This document shows positions 1 to 9,011 of a DNA stretch of 40,281 nucleotides, piece after piece (position 1 is the first letter of the stretch; each line of letters opens with the position of its first letter). Origin of the DNA: a virus (taxonomy: Duplodnaviria > Caudoviricetes); the IMG/VR virus record IMGVR_UViG_3300005512_000097, positions 1-40,281 of that record; one strand, written 5' to 3'. Both the position numbers and the translations under genes were made by a program. The notes beneath the pieces are model-generated. The model saw nothing but the letters and a program-made list of their open reading frames with translations. It made no database searches and was not told the origin of the DNA.

Positions 1-34
1 TTGCTACAAGTGCATCTTGATAATAATCACTCAT
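1..34 (-). CDS. 5' end of the next gene of the minus-strand cluster (partial, MSDYYQDALVA...)
   Basis: ATG at 34-32 overlaps the TAA of the 34..945 gene (TAATG coupling) and the frame is open to the window edge. Too short to assign a product. Confidence 0.55.
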   Translation of the reverse strand, partial: MSDYYQDALVA

Positions 35-945
35 TACCATCCTTCAGCAGAACGTATAGCATCTATTTCTAACCTCATTGGGTCATTTTGTCTATGTGTT
101 TGTTGATAATATTTTTTAAAAAACTTGCTTTGTTCACTTGTAAAATCACTCAGGTGTAATCCTAAACGTGTTTGTAATAACTTGTTAATAGTTTTTTGAT
201 CAACAGTTTTCCATTCACTGTATATCTCGCCTAAGTGGTAAAAATCTTGTACTTCTGTGTAATCCCATTCAGTAAGCATTGTTCTGTAAGTACCATATCT
301 AGCACCTGCTATACAACTATCACCGTATTCTGCGTCAGCACCTATGTTGTGCCATATGCTTAATCTATCAAAGTTACTGCGATGTACCATTTCATTAAAT
401 TCTAGTAAACTAGGCTTTGTGCCTTTCTTCAAACACATCTTTACGCCTTCTCTAAATCCTGCTCTCCATGCATGAAAAGCATCTCCATTAGGATATGTAG
501 TGCTGTAAACATTATTCATGGCCAAATACTTTGGATCATAGCAAAATTCTACTTCGTTTTCATCTGCTCCATCGCTATTTTCATGTGTCTTCATACTGTT
601 AACAAAATTACGTGTCCAACAACTTATTCCTCCGTTGCCATACATAAGTCCGTTAACTGCGTTTACTGCTTTCCAACGAAATACACAATCTTCATGTTCA
701 GGTTTAATATCTAAAGTTATATCAAAAAATTCAGGATAAGGCATATTGTCGCCATCTATCAATACAAAACGCTCAGTATCACTGGCACTAGCAGCAGCTT
801 TATGTGCGGCATCTGAACCTTTTACTCCGTCAACACGTTTCGCCCAAGGTACTATATTTTGTATTTTTGCCCAAAATTCTTCTTTTTTAGGTTCATCATA
901 ACTTAAATATATACAATCTAAATCTGCTACATCAATCTTTGACAT
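34..945 (-). CDS. Putative GT-A (GT2-like) glycosyltransferase
   Basis: 303 aa. N-terminal hydrophobic strand plus SYDEP, then 'AAHKAAASASDTERFVLIDGDN' (helix, strand, DxD motif) and 'GNGGISCW'. This is a nucleotide-diphospho-sugar transferase layout. Confidence 0.65.
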   Translation of the reverse strand: MSKIDVADLDCIYLSYDEPKKEEFWAKIQNIVPWAKRVDGVKGSDAAHKAAASASDTERFVLIDGDNMPYPEFFDITLDIKPEHEDCVFRWKAVNAVNGLMYGNGGISCWTRNFVNSMKTHENSDGADENEVEFCYDPKYLAMNNVYSTTYPNGDAFHAWRAGFREGVKMCLKKGTKPSLLEFNEMVHRSNFDRLSIWHNIGADAEYGDSCIAGARYGTYRTMLTEWDYTEVQDFYHLGEIYSEWKTVDQKTINKLLQTRLGLHLSDFTSEQSKFFKKYYQQTHRQNDPMRLEIDAIRSAEGW

Positions 946-1216
946 AAGGATTCCTCGTTAGTTCTTCCTGTTTTAAAAACCAGTGTGTTTTTTTAGGTGT
1001 TATCCAAACTAATTCTTTATCTATTACACGATGCCTTTTATAATCTACTGCATCGTATTGTTCTTGTGTAATCACAATATAAAGACTATCCTCTAATAAG
1101 TCTTTTGCAACATACTTTTTACTAAGTATAACACCTTCTTTATCGTAATACAACCGCGTTTCTGAAGGTGGTGCAGATTCAAATACATGTTGTGCTTCAA
1201 AGAACGAACTGCTCAT
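932..1216 (-). CDS. Hypothetical protein in the glycosyltransferase cluster
   Basis: 94-aa ORF overlapping both neighbours in a tightly packed operon. No recognisable motif. Confidence 0.6.
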   Translation of the reverse strand: MSSSFFEAQHVFESAPPSETRLYYDKEGVILSKKYVAKDLLEDSLYIVITQEQYDAVDYKRHRVIDKELVWITPKKTHWFLKQEELTRNPYVKD

Positions 1217-2015
1217 ATCTTTTACTTAACTCCTCTGTGCAAAAGTCTTTGTGATAATAATGGAAAGGTTTAGTCTGTGCATATCCATTTACTAAAAATA
1301 TTTTATCATCTGTCAACGCCCAACTACAAGCATCACGCCAATCATCTGTTCCAAATCGATTTATATATTTTTTCATATGTGTGAATGTTGGATAGTCTAA
1401 TGTTGGCACATAAAAATCTTCGCTACCAGTTTCAGTAGCAACTATGCTCATAAACACATCTGTGTCTGCATACTCGTGTCTACAATTTTTTAAAATACTT
1501 GATTTGTATATATTAAATGTATTTAATACAGTTTTGCAATCGTCAAAAAACTTCTTTGTTTCTACACAATGCCTAAAATACATAAAGCCATTGTAAACAT
1601 TAAGCATATTGTTTTCTTGCCACATCTTTCTATAGTTACTATCATCTGCAAACTCACCTCTATAGTTACAAACTTGTGTAGTAAAACAAATATTTTTTAG
1701 TCTTACCCCTGACCACCAGTGATCTGTACTACTTGTAATAAGCATATCACTCTCAACCTTAAATGTTTCTTTAAATGGTGTAAGTTCCCATGCTAGACAC
1801 TCATTTGCAAAAGGTCCCATAGTAGGTATTGTGATAACTTCATCAAAAACTCTAGTCATATGTTCTGGCACAGGAGTATTTTCGTCTACGACAACTGCAA
1901 ACTTATTGATTTTACAATAAGTTTTAACACTAAGAGCAAGCAAGTAAGCACAATTTAGATATTGTTCGCCTTGAGCAAAAGTTAGATACCCCTGGTTGTA
2001 TTTCTTTTCTCTCAC
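1197..2015 (-). CDS. Putative GT-A (GT8-like) nucleotide-diphospho-sugar transferase, with ESD in place of DxD
   Basis: 'GYLTFAQGEQYLNCAYLLALSVK', 'FDEVITI', 'LTPFKETFKVESDMLI', 'YNGFMYF', 'DTDVFMSI', 'FTHMK'. Paralogous in layout to 2012..2797. Confidence 0.65.
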   Translation of the reverse strand: MREKKYNQGYLTFAQGEQYLNCAYLLALSVKTYCKINKFAVVVDENTPVPEHMTRVFDEVITIPTMGPFANECLAWELTPFKETFKVESDMLITSSTDHWWSGVRLKNICFTTQVCNYRGEFADDSNYRKMWQENNMLNVYNGFMYFRHCVETKKFFDDCKTVLNTFNIYKSSILKNCRHEYADTDVFMSIVATETGSEDFYVPTLDYPTFTHMKKYINRFGTDDWRDACSWALTDDKIFLVNGYAQTKPFHYYHKDFCTEELSKRYEQFVL

Positions 2016-2797
2016 ACACTATTCCATAGTTTATCATATATTTCAGTTTGTAAAATACATTTTTTATTCATAACATGTAAATCGCCCTTATAACGCATTA
2101 CGTTTTTACTATTTCTAAGATTATAATTTATTAACCAATTATTGTTTCCGTAATCTATGACACTATCAGTTGTGCTTATTGCAGGCAATTCATGTATAAA
2201 TGTACTTGTGTTTATGTATCCATTGCAAATATTGTGAGCAATACTTAAGGCAAAATCATTTCGAAAAGGTGTACGTCTAAATCCTATCAGTCTACCATAA
2301 TATCCATAATTTTTGTAAACAGTTCTCCAGGTATTAAAAATTTGTTTTGCATGTTTACTCTTTTTAAAGTATATTACAGTAGCCCAACGCATTTCAAATC
2401 CATTACCGCCACTTTCTAAAAAACGGTTGTGTCTAAATATCTCATTTCCTGTTACATCATAACTACTATTATGACATAAAAAATCTTGATTAGATCCAAA
2501 ATAGTTTGCTAGGTTATCATTTTGAATGAAATAATCAGTATCAATAAGAATGGTTTCATCATATGGACTTAAATTATAAGCATTATAACGTCCTATGTTA
2601 TTCCAGGCTATAGTTTCAATACCATCTTCATATCTAAATGTACGAATATTTTCCTGAACAACATCTAATTTTACAATAGTACTAGGAACATCTAAGTAGT
2701 ACTCTGCTAGTCGTGCTGAAAGTTCAGCAAGGCGTTTATAATCTAACTGACTATTTTCAGCGTATAATAACAGTACACCTTTAGACTTCAACGTCAC
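2012..2797 (-). CDS. Putative GT-A (GT8-like) nucleotide-diphospho-sugar transferase
   Basis: 'GVLLLYAE...DYKRLAELSA', 'AYNLSPYDETILIDTDYFI' (DxD), 'WATVIYFKK', 'RNDFALSIA', 'DLHVMNK'. Confidence 0.7.
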   Translation of the reverse strand: MTLKSKGVLLLYAENSQLDYKRLAELSARLAEYYLDVPSTIVKLDVVQENIRTFRYEDGIETIAWNNIGRYNAYNLSPYDETILIDTDYFIQNDNLANYFGSNQDFLCHNSSYDVTGNEIFRHNRFLESGGNGFEMRWATVIYFKKSKHAKQIFNTWRTVYKNYGYYGRLIGFRRTPFRNDFALSIAHNICNGYINTSTFIHELPAISTTDSVIDYGNNNWLINYNLRNSKNVMRYKGDLHVMNKKCILQTEIYDKLWNSV

Positions 2798-3125
2798 CTG
2801 CTTTGCGTTTTGTTTTCAGTTCTTCGTATTGATTGTACCAATCATTGTGAACTTCTTTCCAGCGTTGGTCTGCTAGTACTAATAATTCTTGCACATCTAT
2901 TTTTATAGGTGTATCGTAACTGTCAGTTAGTATATCGTCTCTGCTGGATTGAAATAATCCTGCATTTGCACACTTCATATACAAATAATTTAGCAGTGTC
3001 ATATCAACTTTGAACAGTCCTCCATTATAAGGCACAGTCAATCTTTGTTGTTGTTGTTCTTTTAGTGTCTGTTTTTGTCTATTGAGCTCGAATCTTTCAC
3101 GAGCATACTCTTCTTGATTTGTCAT
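2781..3125 (-). CDS. Conserved-looking phage hypothetical protein (helical), first gene of the GT operon
   Basis: 114 aa, starting 6 nt after a consensus -10 box. A tail-fibre-assembly-like role is possible but cannot be confirmed. Confidence 0.6.
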   Translation of the reverse strand: MTNQEEYARERFELNRQKQTLKEQQQQRLTVPYNGGLFKVDMTLLNYLYMKCANAGLFQSSRDDILTDSYDTPIKIDVQELLVLADQRWKEVHNDWYNQYEELKTKRKAGDVEV

Positions 3126-3131
3126 GCTGAT

Positions 3132-3160
3132 ATTATAACAGGCGCCGTAGCGCCTGTCAA
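3132..3160 (-). promoter_or_regulatory. Consensus sigma70 (early-type) promoter with extended -10
   Basis: Minus strand reads TTGACA (3160-3155), 17-nt spacer ending in TGT, TATAAT (3137-3132), 6 nt, then ATG at 3125. Confidence 0.85.
3136..3159 (-). terminator. GC-rich hairpin with C(UACG)G tetraloop; candidate terminator or processing stem for the upstream structural transcript
   Basis: ACAGGCGC-TACG-GCGCCTGT is a perfect 8-bp stem, extendable by G-U and U-A pairs, about 25 nt after the stop of 3183..4082. The downstream U-tract is weak. Confidence 0.55.
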
Positions 3161-3182
3161 GTATAAAAATTTTGTTTTACAA

Positions 3183-4082
3183 TTAACCGTTAGCGTTAAC
3201 AGTTTGTGAAGGACCGTCGCCCCACGTATCTGCTATATAAGTTGTTGTTGGCTCTTCGTGTCCAAAGAATGTTTGCTTTGTACCATCAACTTGGTCTAGT
3301 ACGTTATAAATGTTTTTGTTATAACTAGTTTGATCAGCCGCATCATCTACCCATTTACTTCTAAATAATACGCTGCCACCTGTTTTATAAAGTTCTAACT
3401 GAATATAGTTTGCAGTATAAGGACCTGTGTCTTCATATTGACGGAATGCCGTTTGATATGCACCTGTCATATCATGCCATCCAAGGTTTGTTAGGTTAAC
3501 GTTTGCTGTACCACTACCACCTGACTTGCCTGAAGTTTGTGCATAAATATAATAGTTACCACAAGCTGCTGCTAGGTTATTCCATTCATTTGCTTTACTG
3601 TCTGCAGTAAAACTACTAAGGTCCCAACGTACTCTCAATCTTCCGCCAGCATTAAAAAAGTATCTTGCTTGTGCTTCACTTCCCCATGCCCATGTTCCAC
3701 GCTGTTCAATTGTACCAGTAAGTGTAGTTGTTGTACTACAGTTTGACTCTACAATCGCATCTCTTGCATGTACGTTTAATCTGTTAGTTGTAATTGTACT
3801 AATATTTCCTGATAATGCAGCGTATGCACTAATTGTATCACCAGCACTAGGATTACTAATTGCAGTAATACTTGAACTCTGATGCGAGGCCATACTACTA
3901 ATTCTTGCTAGTAAGGTTGTCCATTGAGCTGCAGTAATAGTAGTTCCTGCACTCACACTACTTACTGTATTAGTTTGACCATACCCAGAGTCACCTGAAC
4001 CAGAACCCCATATTGCATTTACTGATGTTGCGAAATCATTGTAATGATCATCTAATATTGTATCGCCTGCGGTATATGCCAT
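3183..4082 (-). CDS. Virion structural protein (tail fibre / baseplate-associated)
   Basis: MAY- start, S/T/G/A-rich, internal repeat 'AGDTILDDHYN / AGTTITAAQW / AGDTISA'. Last gene of the tail module; SD GGAG upstream. Confidence 0.6.
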   Translation of the reverse strand: MAYTAGDTILDDHYNDFATSVNAIWGSGSGDSGYGQTNTVSSVSAGTTITAAQWTTLLARISSMASHQSSSITAISNPSAGDTISAYAALSGNISTITTNRLNVHARDAIVESNCSTTTTLTGTIEQRGTWAWGSEAQARYFFNAGGRLRVRWDLSSFTADSKANEWNNLAAACGNYYIYAQTSGKSGGSGTANVNLTNLGWHDMTGAYQTAFRQYEDTGPYTANYIQLELYKTGGSVLFRSKWVDDAADQTSYNKNIYNVLDQVDGTKQTFFGHEEPTTTYIADTWGDGPSQTVNANG

Positions 4083-4092
4083 ATTAACTCCG

Positions 4093-5547
4093 TTAGTTTA
4101 CTGTGACGAAGGCTTCAACCGTGCCTTCTTCCACTGAATTTTTAGTTTGAATTGCTCTGCCAATTACATTAAAGGGATTAATTAATTCTGTTTTGGAAAC
4201 TGCTCTTGCTAATCCGTTACCAGCACTAACAAGCCTATCTCCTTTATTTATCTTTCCAATGACTCTTACAGGTACTCTTCCGGCAACCGCCACCGGCGCA
4301 CCACCTTGCTGCCTACTATTCATTAAGTATGCTGGTTGACTACTTACAACCCCAAATACATTATCTGATAATTCTTCATTTACAGCAGTAATCTCTTCTG
4401 CACCACCTAGTGCTACTACTGTACCTGGTGCATAATTGTTGTCAGGTATAAAGTTTTCTGCCAAGTCAGCATATTCAGCTGAAGTTGCAGTTCCATTAAA
4501 GGTTGTTGCAAATACTGTTGATATTCTGTTGCCACTAGTACCAAAGTCTACTGATCCACTGACAAGTATATTACCTGTCATTGTACCACCCGTTGTCAAC
4601 AAAGCGCCTGCACCTGAAACTTGCGAATCAACATATGCTTTTGTTGCAACGCCTAGATTATCTGTAGGAGCACCAGCAACTAACACTCTATTAGTTGCTC
4701 CATCAAATGTCATTGCAGTCGAAACTACACCGCCATCATTAACTTTAATTAATATATCGCCATCACTTGTAGCATTACTTATACTTACATCACTTCCACT
4801 AACACCAACTGTAAAATCACTATCAACACCTACTACAATTCCTGTATCATTTAGTATACTAAGTACACCGTTTGTACTATCACTAGCATCACTTCGTAAG
4901 AAACTTGTTGATGCAATTCCACTTAATAAGTCAGAATCTGTTGCAGTACCTTGAAATTTTGCACCGGAAACTGCAGTTGAAAGTTGTAATCCTGGTTTAA
5001 TTGTTGCAAACCCTGAAATAGCTGCCTGTGGAGTAAATGTAGAATCTTTTGAAACTGTTGCAACGACTGTATTGTTTGTATATATTTTTACAACTACGTG
5101 ATCTGTTGCACCACTGTCAGTTACTGTTTCAACAATTGCACCTGAAGTTCCTGTGCCACTTGTAAAACTTGGACCAATTGTTGTAAAAGCACTACCATTG
5201 TAAACTTTTAATTGTCCATTAGTTGTATCCCACCATAAATCACCAGTAACGTTTGTAGTAGGGGTACTTGCACTTGCTGTACTACTACTTACTGTTTTAA
5301 ATGCACTGCCTGTATAAACTTTTAGTAAATTATTTGTACTATCCCACCACATTTGACCAGCAATCGGACTACTAGGTGCACTAGTGTTTGCAAAATTTTC
5401 TAATAATTTTATTAGGTTTTCATTGAAAAATTCACCATATCCTGCATAATTTTTACCAATTAGTGTAAGATCAGTTGTTGTGTCAATAGTTCCATCTGCT
5501 ACTGTAGCAATAATTGTTCCATTGGTTTTATTAACTGTATAAGCCAT
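4093..5547 (-). CDS. Tail fibre / baseplate-fibre protein with C-terminal intramolecular-chaperone (peptidase G2-like) domain
   Basis: N-terminal 'LTLIGKNYAGYGE...LLENFA', two 'GQ/DxWWD...LKVY' fibre repeats, 'ATKAYVD' motif, and C-terminal 'SAEYADLAE...GVVS..PAYLMN...VAVAGRVPVRV..KGD.LVS'. Confidence 0.75.
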   Translation of the reverse strand: MAYTVNKTNGTIIATVADGTIDTTTDLTLIGKNYAGYGEFFNENLIKLLENFANTSAPSSPIAGQMWWDSTNNLLKVYTGSAFKTVSSSTASASTPTTNVTGDLWWDTTNGQLKVYNGSAFTTIGPSFTSGTGTSGAIVETVTDSGATDHVVVKIYTNNTVVATVSKDSTFTPQAAISGFATIKPGLQLSTAVSGAKFQGTATDSDLLSGIASTSFLRSDASDSTNGVLSILNDTGIVVGVDSDFTVGVSGSDVSISNATSDGDILIKVNDGGVVSTAMTFDGATNRVLVAGAPTDNLGVATKAYVDSQVSGAGALLTTGGTMTGNILVSGSVDFGTSGNRISTVFATTFNGTATSAEYADLAENFIPDNNYAPGTVVALGGAEEITAVNEELSDNVFGVVSSQPAYLMNSRQQGGAPVAVAGRVPVRVIGKINKGDRLVSAGNGLARAVSKTELINPFNVIGRAIQTKNSVEEGTVEAFVTVN

Positions 5548-5576
5548 CTTTAAGTTGCTCCGCTATTCGTTACTAT

Positions 5577-5584
5577 TATTTATC
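5577..5584 (-). promoter_or_regulatory. T4-type late promoter (GATAAATA)
   Basis: One mismatch from TATAAATA, intergenic, about 30 nt before the 4093..5547 start. Confidence 0.65.
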
Positions 5585-5604
5585 AACTGCATAAACATAG
5601 TATA

Positions 5605-6270
5605 TTATATACTGCTTAGATTAGTCAATGTCTGTATTCTCACTGTATAATCTATTTGTATAAGTCTGTTCAAACTTTTTTGTACAGGATGAAAAACAAC
5701 ATGGGTAAGCAGTTTACCTGTATTCACTGTACCTGTCCAACTTCTTAAACCTAGTTCATCAAACGTATATGTGTCATTAAAATTACTTGTATTATCAAAT
5801 GCAGCCTGACTATTAGGTTCACCATAATCAAGTAAACAACTAACAACTATATCAGTGTAAATTTGTCCTGTTGTATGACTAATTGTAAGTTTATTTCTAG
5901 CAGTATCTGTATTCAAACTACTATTATCATCTACTACTTTGTAATATGTTTGGTTGTATAAGTTTGCATTACTACCACTGCTATTTGCAGGCAAATATGT
6001 AATAACACCTGTCGGATCTACACTAGTACCACCATTTCCAAAACTCATTTCATGTATAAAACCTGTTGTTTTATTTGATATACTTAATGCTAGTGCTTCG
6101 CTCATATTTTCATAGTGTATAGCATTTCTTTTATTAACGTAATCTTCGCCTGTCTCAGGATCAAAAATACGAATGTGTCCTTCCATCATTACACCACTAG
6201 TATCTTTAATTGCACTTTCTGGTGCTTGAGGTTCTTCAATATCCGTTTTTTCCATATCGTTATCTTTCAT
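5605..6270 (-). CDS. Virion structural protein (baseplate / tail-collar-fibre junction-like)
   Basis: Lies between fibre genes. The 'FGNGGT...FDELGL...LLTHVVFHPVQKS...IDYTVRI' pattern resembles baseplate-proximal fibre attachment domains. Confidence 0.55.
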   Translation of the reverse strand: MKDNDMEKTDIEEPQAPESAIKDTSGVMMEGHIRIFDPETGEDYVNKRNAIHYENMSEALALSISNKTTGFIHEMSFGNGGTSVDPTGVITYLPANSSGSNANLYNQTYYKVVDDNSSLNTDTARNKLTISHTTGQIYTDIVVSCLLDYGEPNSQAAFDNTSNFNDTYTFDELGLRSWTGTVNTGKLLTHVVFHPVQKSLNRLIQIDYTVRIQTLTNLSSI

Positions 6271-6272
6271 TA

Positions 6273-8975
6273 TTACACCTTAAGCATACATTCTACACTC
6301 TTTTCGTCTGAATTGCTATTTGTTTCTAATGCAATTCCAACGATTGGGCCTGTACCATCTGTACTTGCTACACCATTATCTGTTGCAAATACTGCTTGTC
6401 CTTTTGTTACACTGCCAATTACTCTAACTGGAACACGACCTACTAGTGCAATTGGTTGTCCATCAATTGAACTATTCATTAAGTACGCAGGATCAGTTGA
6501 TATAACACCTGCTATATATTGTGAACTACTATTTGCTGCAGTTGTTTCTGCATCACCGCCTACTGTCATTACTGTGCCTGGTAAATATTCTTCATCAGTT
6601 GTATATTTTTCTGCTAAGTCAGCGTATTGTGCAGAGGTTGCTGTACCACTGAAAACACTAGTTGTTAATGTGTTTGTACTTGGATTATATGTAAGTCCTG
6701 TGCTATCAACTTCAATACCTTGTCCACCGCTTGTTCCATCTACAAATGTAATATAAACAGTTTCATTGTTTGCCGTATTATCTGTTGTTGTAACATTAGT
6801 AGCAGTAGTTGCAGTTGTTGCAGTAGTTGCAGTTCCTGCTGACGTTGCTGAAGTTGCTGATGTTGCAGTAGTAGCAGTATCTGCATTTCCTGTAACATTA
6901 CCTGTTAAATTAGCAGTAATAGTACCTGCAGCAAAATTTCCGCCACTATCTCGGAATACAATTGTACTGCCTGTGTTTAAGGCTGTTGCATTTGATGTAA
7001 CAGTAAATGTGCCACCCTCACTACTTACACTACCACTAATACCACTACCACTTGTAGCACCTGCGCCAACATAGTTACCAGTTGTATCAGTACCTAACGC
7101 AATTGTATTTGCAGTTGTAAATTCACTAATTGATATTTCTGAAATAAGTTTACGTTTTTGAGTTCCATTATCAAGATAAACTATTTCGTCCTGTGTGCCT
7201 ATAATATCGTCAGTACCGTCTGTAAGTTCCGACAAGTCAACATCAATAGTAGGAGTAGCTCCCTCACCAGTGTTATTTTGTAAATCGATTAATGCACCAG
7301 CTACTAATGATGCAACATAGTTGCCCGTTGTATCTGTGCCGAGGGCAACTGAGTTAGCTGCAATTGTTGCAGTTATACTTACATTTCCAGTTCCATCAAA
7401 ACTACCACTAGTTCCTGTTACATCTCCAGTAAGACTAATTGATCTACCAGTTGCAAGTGCAGTAGCAGTTGATGCAGTTGTAGCAGTTGTTGCGTTACCA
7501 CTTAGGGCGCCTTCAAATGTATTTGCTACTAATGTTCCTGAAGCAATTGTTAACGTGCCAGTGCTTGCACCAGTTGCAGTGGTTGTACCAACTATAAATT
7601 TATCCGATGATTCATCCCACCCTATAAATGCATTGTCACCTGTACTGCCTCTTTCAATAATAATGCCACTATCATTTGCGTTACTTGCCGCTCCGTTATT
7701 AAGCTCAATTAAGGCATCACTAACAACCATATTGGTAGTATTCACAGTAGTAGTAGTGCCATTAACTGTAAAATCGCCAGTTACAGTAAGATTTTGACTT
7801 AACGTTACATTGCCTGTTGAGGCAATTTGTATAGCATCTGTATCACTTGCACTACCAATATTGCCTGCATCTGGTATAATTATGTTACCACCAAATGTTG
7901 CACTTGCACTTACTATTGTTAACTCTGCAGTGCCGTCAATAGTAGTAACAACCTGACCAGTTCCACTGTCCGTTACAGTAACATTACTGTTTCCTTGACT
8001 AATTGCAGTTGTACTTACTGCACTTACTTGACTATCTACATATGCCTTTGTTGCAGCATCCTGAGCACTTGTTGGATCTGTAACGTTTCTTAATTTATTA
8101 GAATTTATATCAACATCTGAAGCAGGATCAAAAGTTAAAGTTATATCGTTTGTATTTTGTGTTGCAATAATTGGATCTGTACCAATTATACTTCTAAACT
8201 GTAAATCAGAACCTACTTTAGTCTTGAATATTCCACTTCCTGTACCTACATTACTACCAGTGTTTGCTTCACCACCTGCCGCACCTGGAGCAACTGCAGG
8301 TTCCCATTCGCCGTCAACTGCATTCCAAGTTAAAACATCATTAGCATTTGGTGTTGAAGTTGTTGTATCAACATCACTTAAATCACCAATACTTGCAGAA
8401 GATATACGTGAATCTGCTCGTGCATCTGTATAGTACAAGTTAGTTTGTTCAGGTATATCAGCAGTACTAACTTGATTTGTACCTGTACCAAAGTCTATGT
8501 GAGTATCATCAATACTGTCTGCCTTTATGCTTACTGCACCTGATGTTACATCAAAATGATCACTACTAAATGATGCTATACCTTTATTTGATGTAGTAGC
8601 ATCTTCACCAGATATAACTCCAGAAGCTATATCAATACCTTCTCCGGCAGAAAAGTGTGCTCTTACTTCACTAGCACTCGGACCTGTATATGTTAGAACA
8701 CCAGTAGAATTATTATATGATAAACTTCCATCACCGCCACTGTCAGTAACGCTAATTGCCGCTCTGGCCCTTGCATCTGTATAATATAAATTTGTATTTT
8801 CTGTAATGTTTGCAGTTGTAATTGTCACTGCATTGCTACTAGGACTTAATCCATTAATTGTTTGTACAGTATTACCTTGAAGTGTTGTTACTCTACCATC
8901 CAAGTCAGTAAAGTTACCATCCATTTCATTAAATGTCAGTGCTTGACTTTTATTTCCTCTAAGTGTAATTGCCAT
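6273..8975 (-). CDS. Long tail fibre with internal repeats and C-terminal intramolecular-chaperone (peptidase G2-like) domain
   Basis: 900 aa, T/A/G/S-rich. Repeats 'TNLYYTDARA' x2 and 'ALGTDTTGNYV' x2, 'DPTSAQDAATKAYVD' motif, and C-terminal 'SAQYADLAEKY...GVISTDPAYLMN...IALVGRVPVRV'. Confidence 0.8.
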   Translation of the reverse strand: MAITLRGNKSQALTFNEMDGNFTDLDGRVTTLQGNTVQTINGLSPSSNAVTITTANITENTNLYYTDARARAAISVTDSGGDGSLSYNNSTGVLTYTGPSASEVRAHFSAGEGIDIASGVISGEDATTSNKGIASFSSDHFDVTSGAVSIKADSIDDTHIDFGTGTNQVSTADIPEQTNLYYTDARADSRISSASIGDLSDVDTTTSTPNANDVLTWNAVDGEWEPAVAPGAAGGEANTGSNVGTGSGIFKTKVGSDLQFRSIIGTDPIIATQNTNDITLTFDPASDVDINSNKLRNVTDPTSAQDAATKAYVDSQVSAVSTTAISQGNSNVTVTDSGTGQVVTTIDGTAELTIVSASATFGGNIIIPDAGNIGSASDTDAIQIASTGNVTLSQNLTVTGDFTVNGTTTTVNTTNMVVSDALIELNNGAASNANDSGIIIERGSTGDNAFIGWDESSDKFIVGTTTATGASTGTLTIASGTLVANTFEGALSGNATTATTASTATALATGRSISLTGDVTGTSGSFDGTGNVSITATIAANSVALGTDTTGNYVASLVAGALIDLQNNTGEGATPTIDVDLSELTDGTDDIIGTQDEIVYLDNGTQKRKLISEISISEFTTANTIALGTDTTGNYVGAGATSGSGISGSVSSEGGTFTVTSNATALNTGSTIVFRDSGGNFAAGTITANLTGNVTGNADTATTATSATSATSAGTATTATTATTATNVTTTDNTANNETVYITFVDGTSGGQGIEVDSTGLTYNPSTNTLTTSVFSGTATSAQYADLAEKYTTDEEYLPGTVMTVGGDAETTAANSSSQYIAGVISTDPAYLMNSSIDGQPIALVGRVPVRVIGSVTKGQAVFATDNGVASTDGTGPIVGIALETNSNSDEKSVECMLKV

Positions 8976-9011
8976 TTTGTTCTCGTCCTTAATACTCTAT
9001 ATGTATAAGAG

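Noticed and set aside
4093-6640. Similar fibre C-termini as a diversity-generating retroelement TR/VR pair
   Set aside because: Both copies are coding, the differences are not adenine-specific, and no reverse transcriptase is present in the window.
4436-8433. Long plus-strand ORFs antisense to the fibre genes (4436-4954, 6115-6756, 6766-7074, 7321-7797, 8224-8433)
   Set aside because: Shadow frames of Thr/Ala/Gly/Ser-rich codons, giving Val/Ala/Pro-rich products. No SD or promoter, and they overlap well-supported genes.
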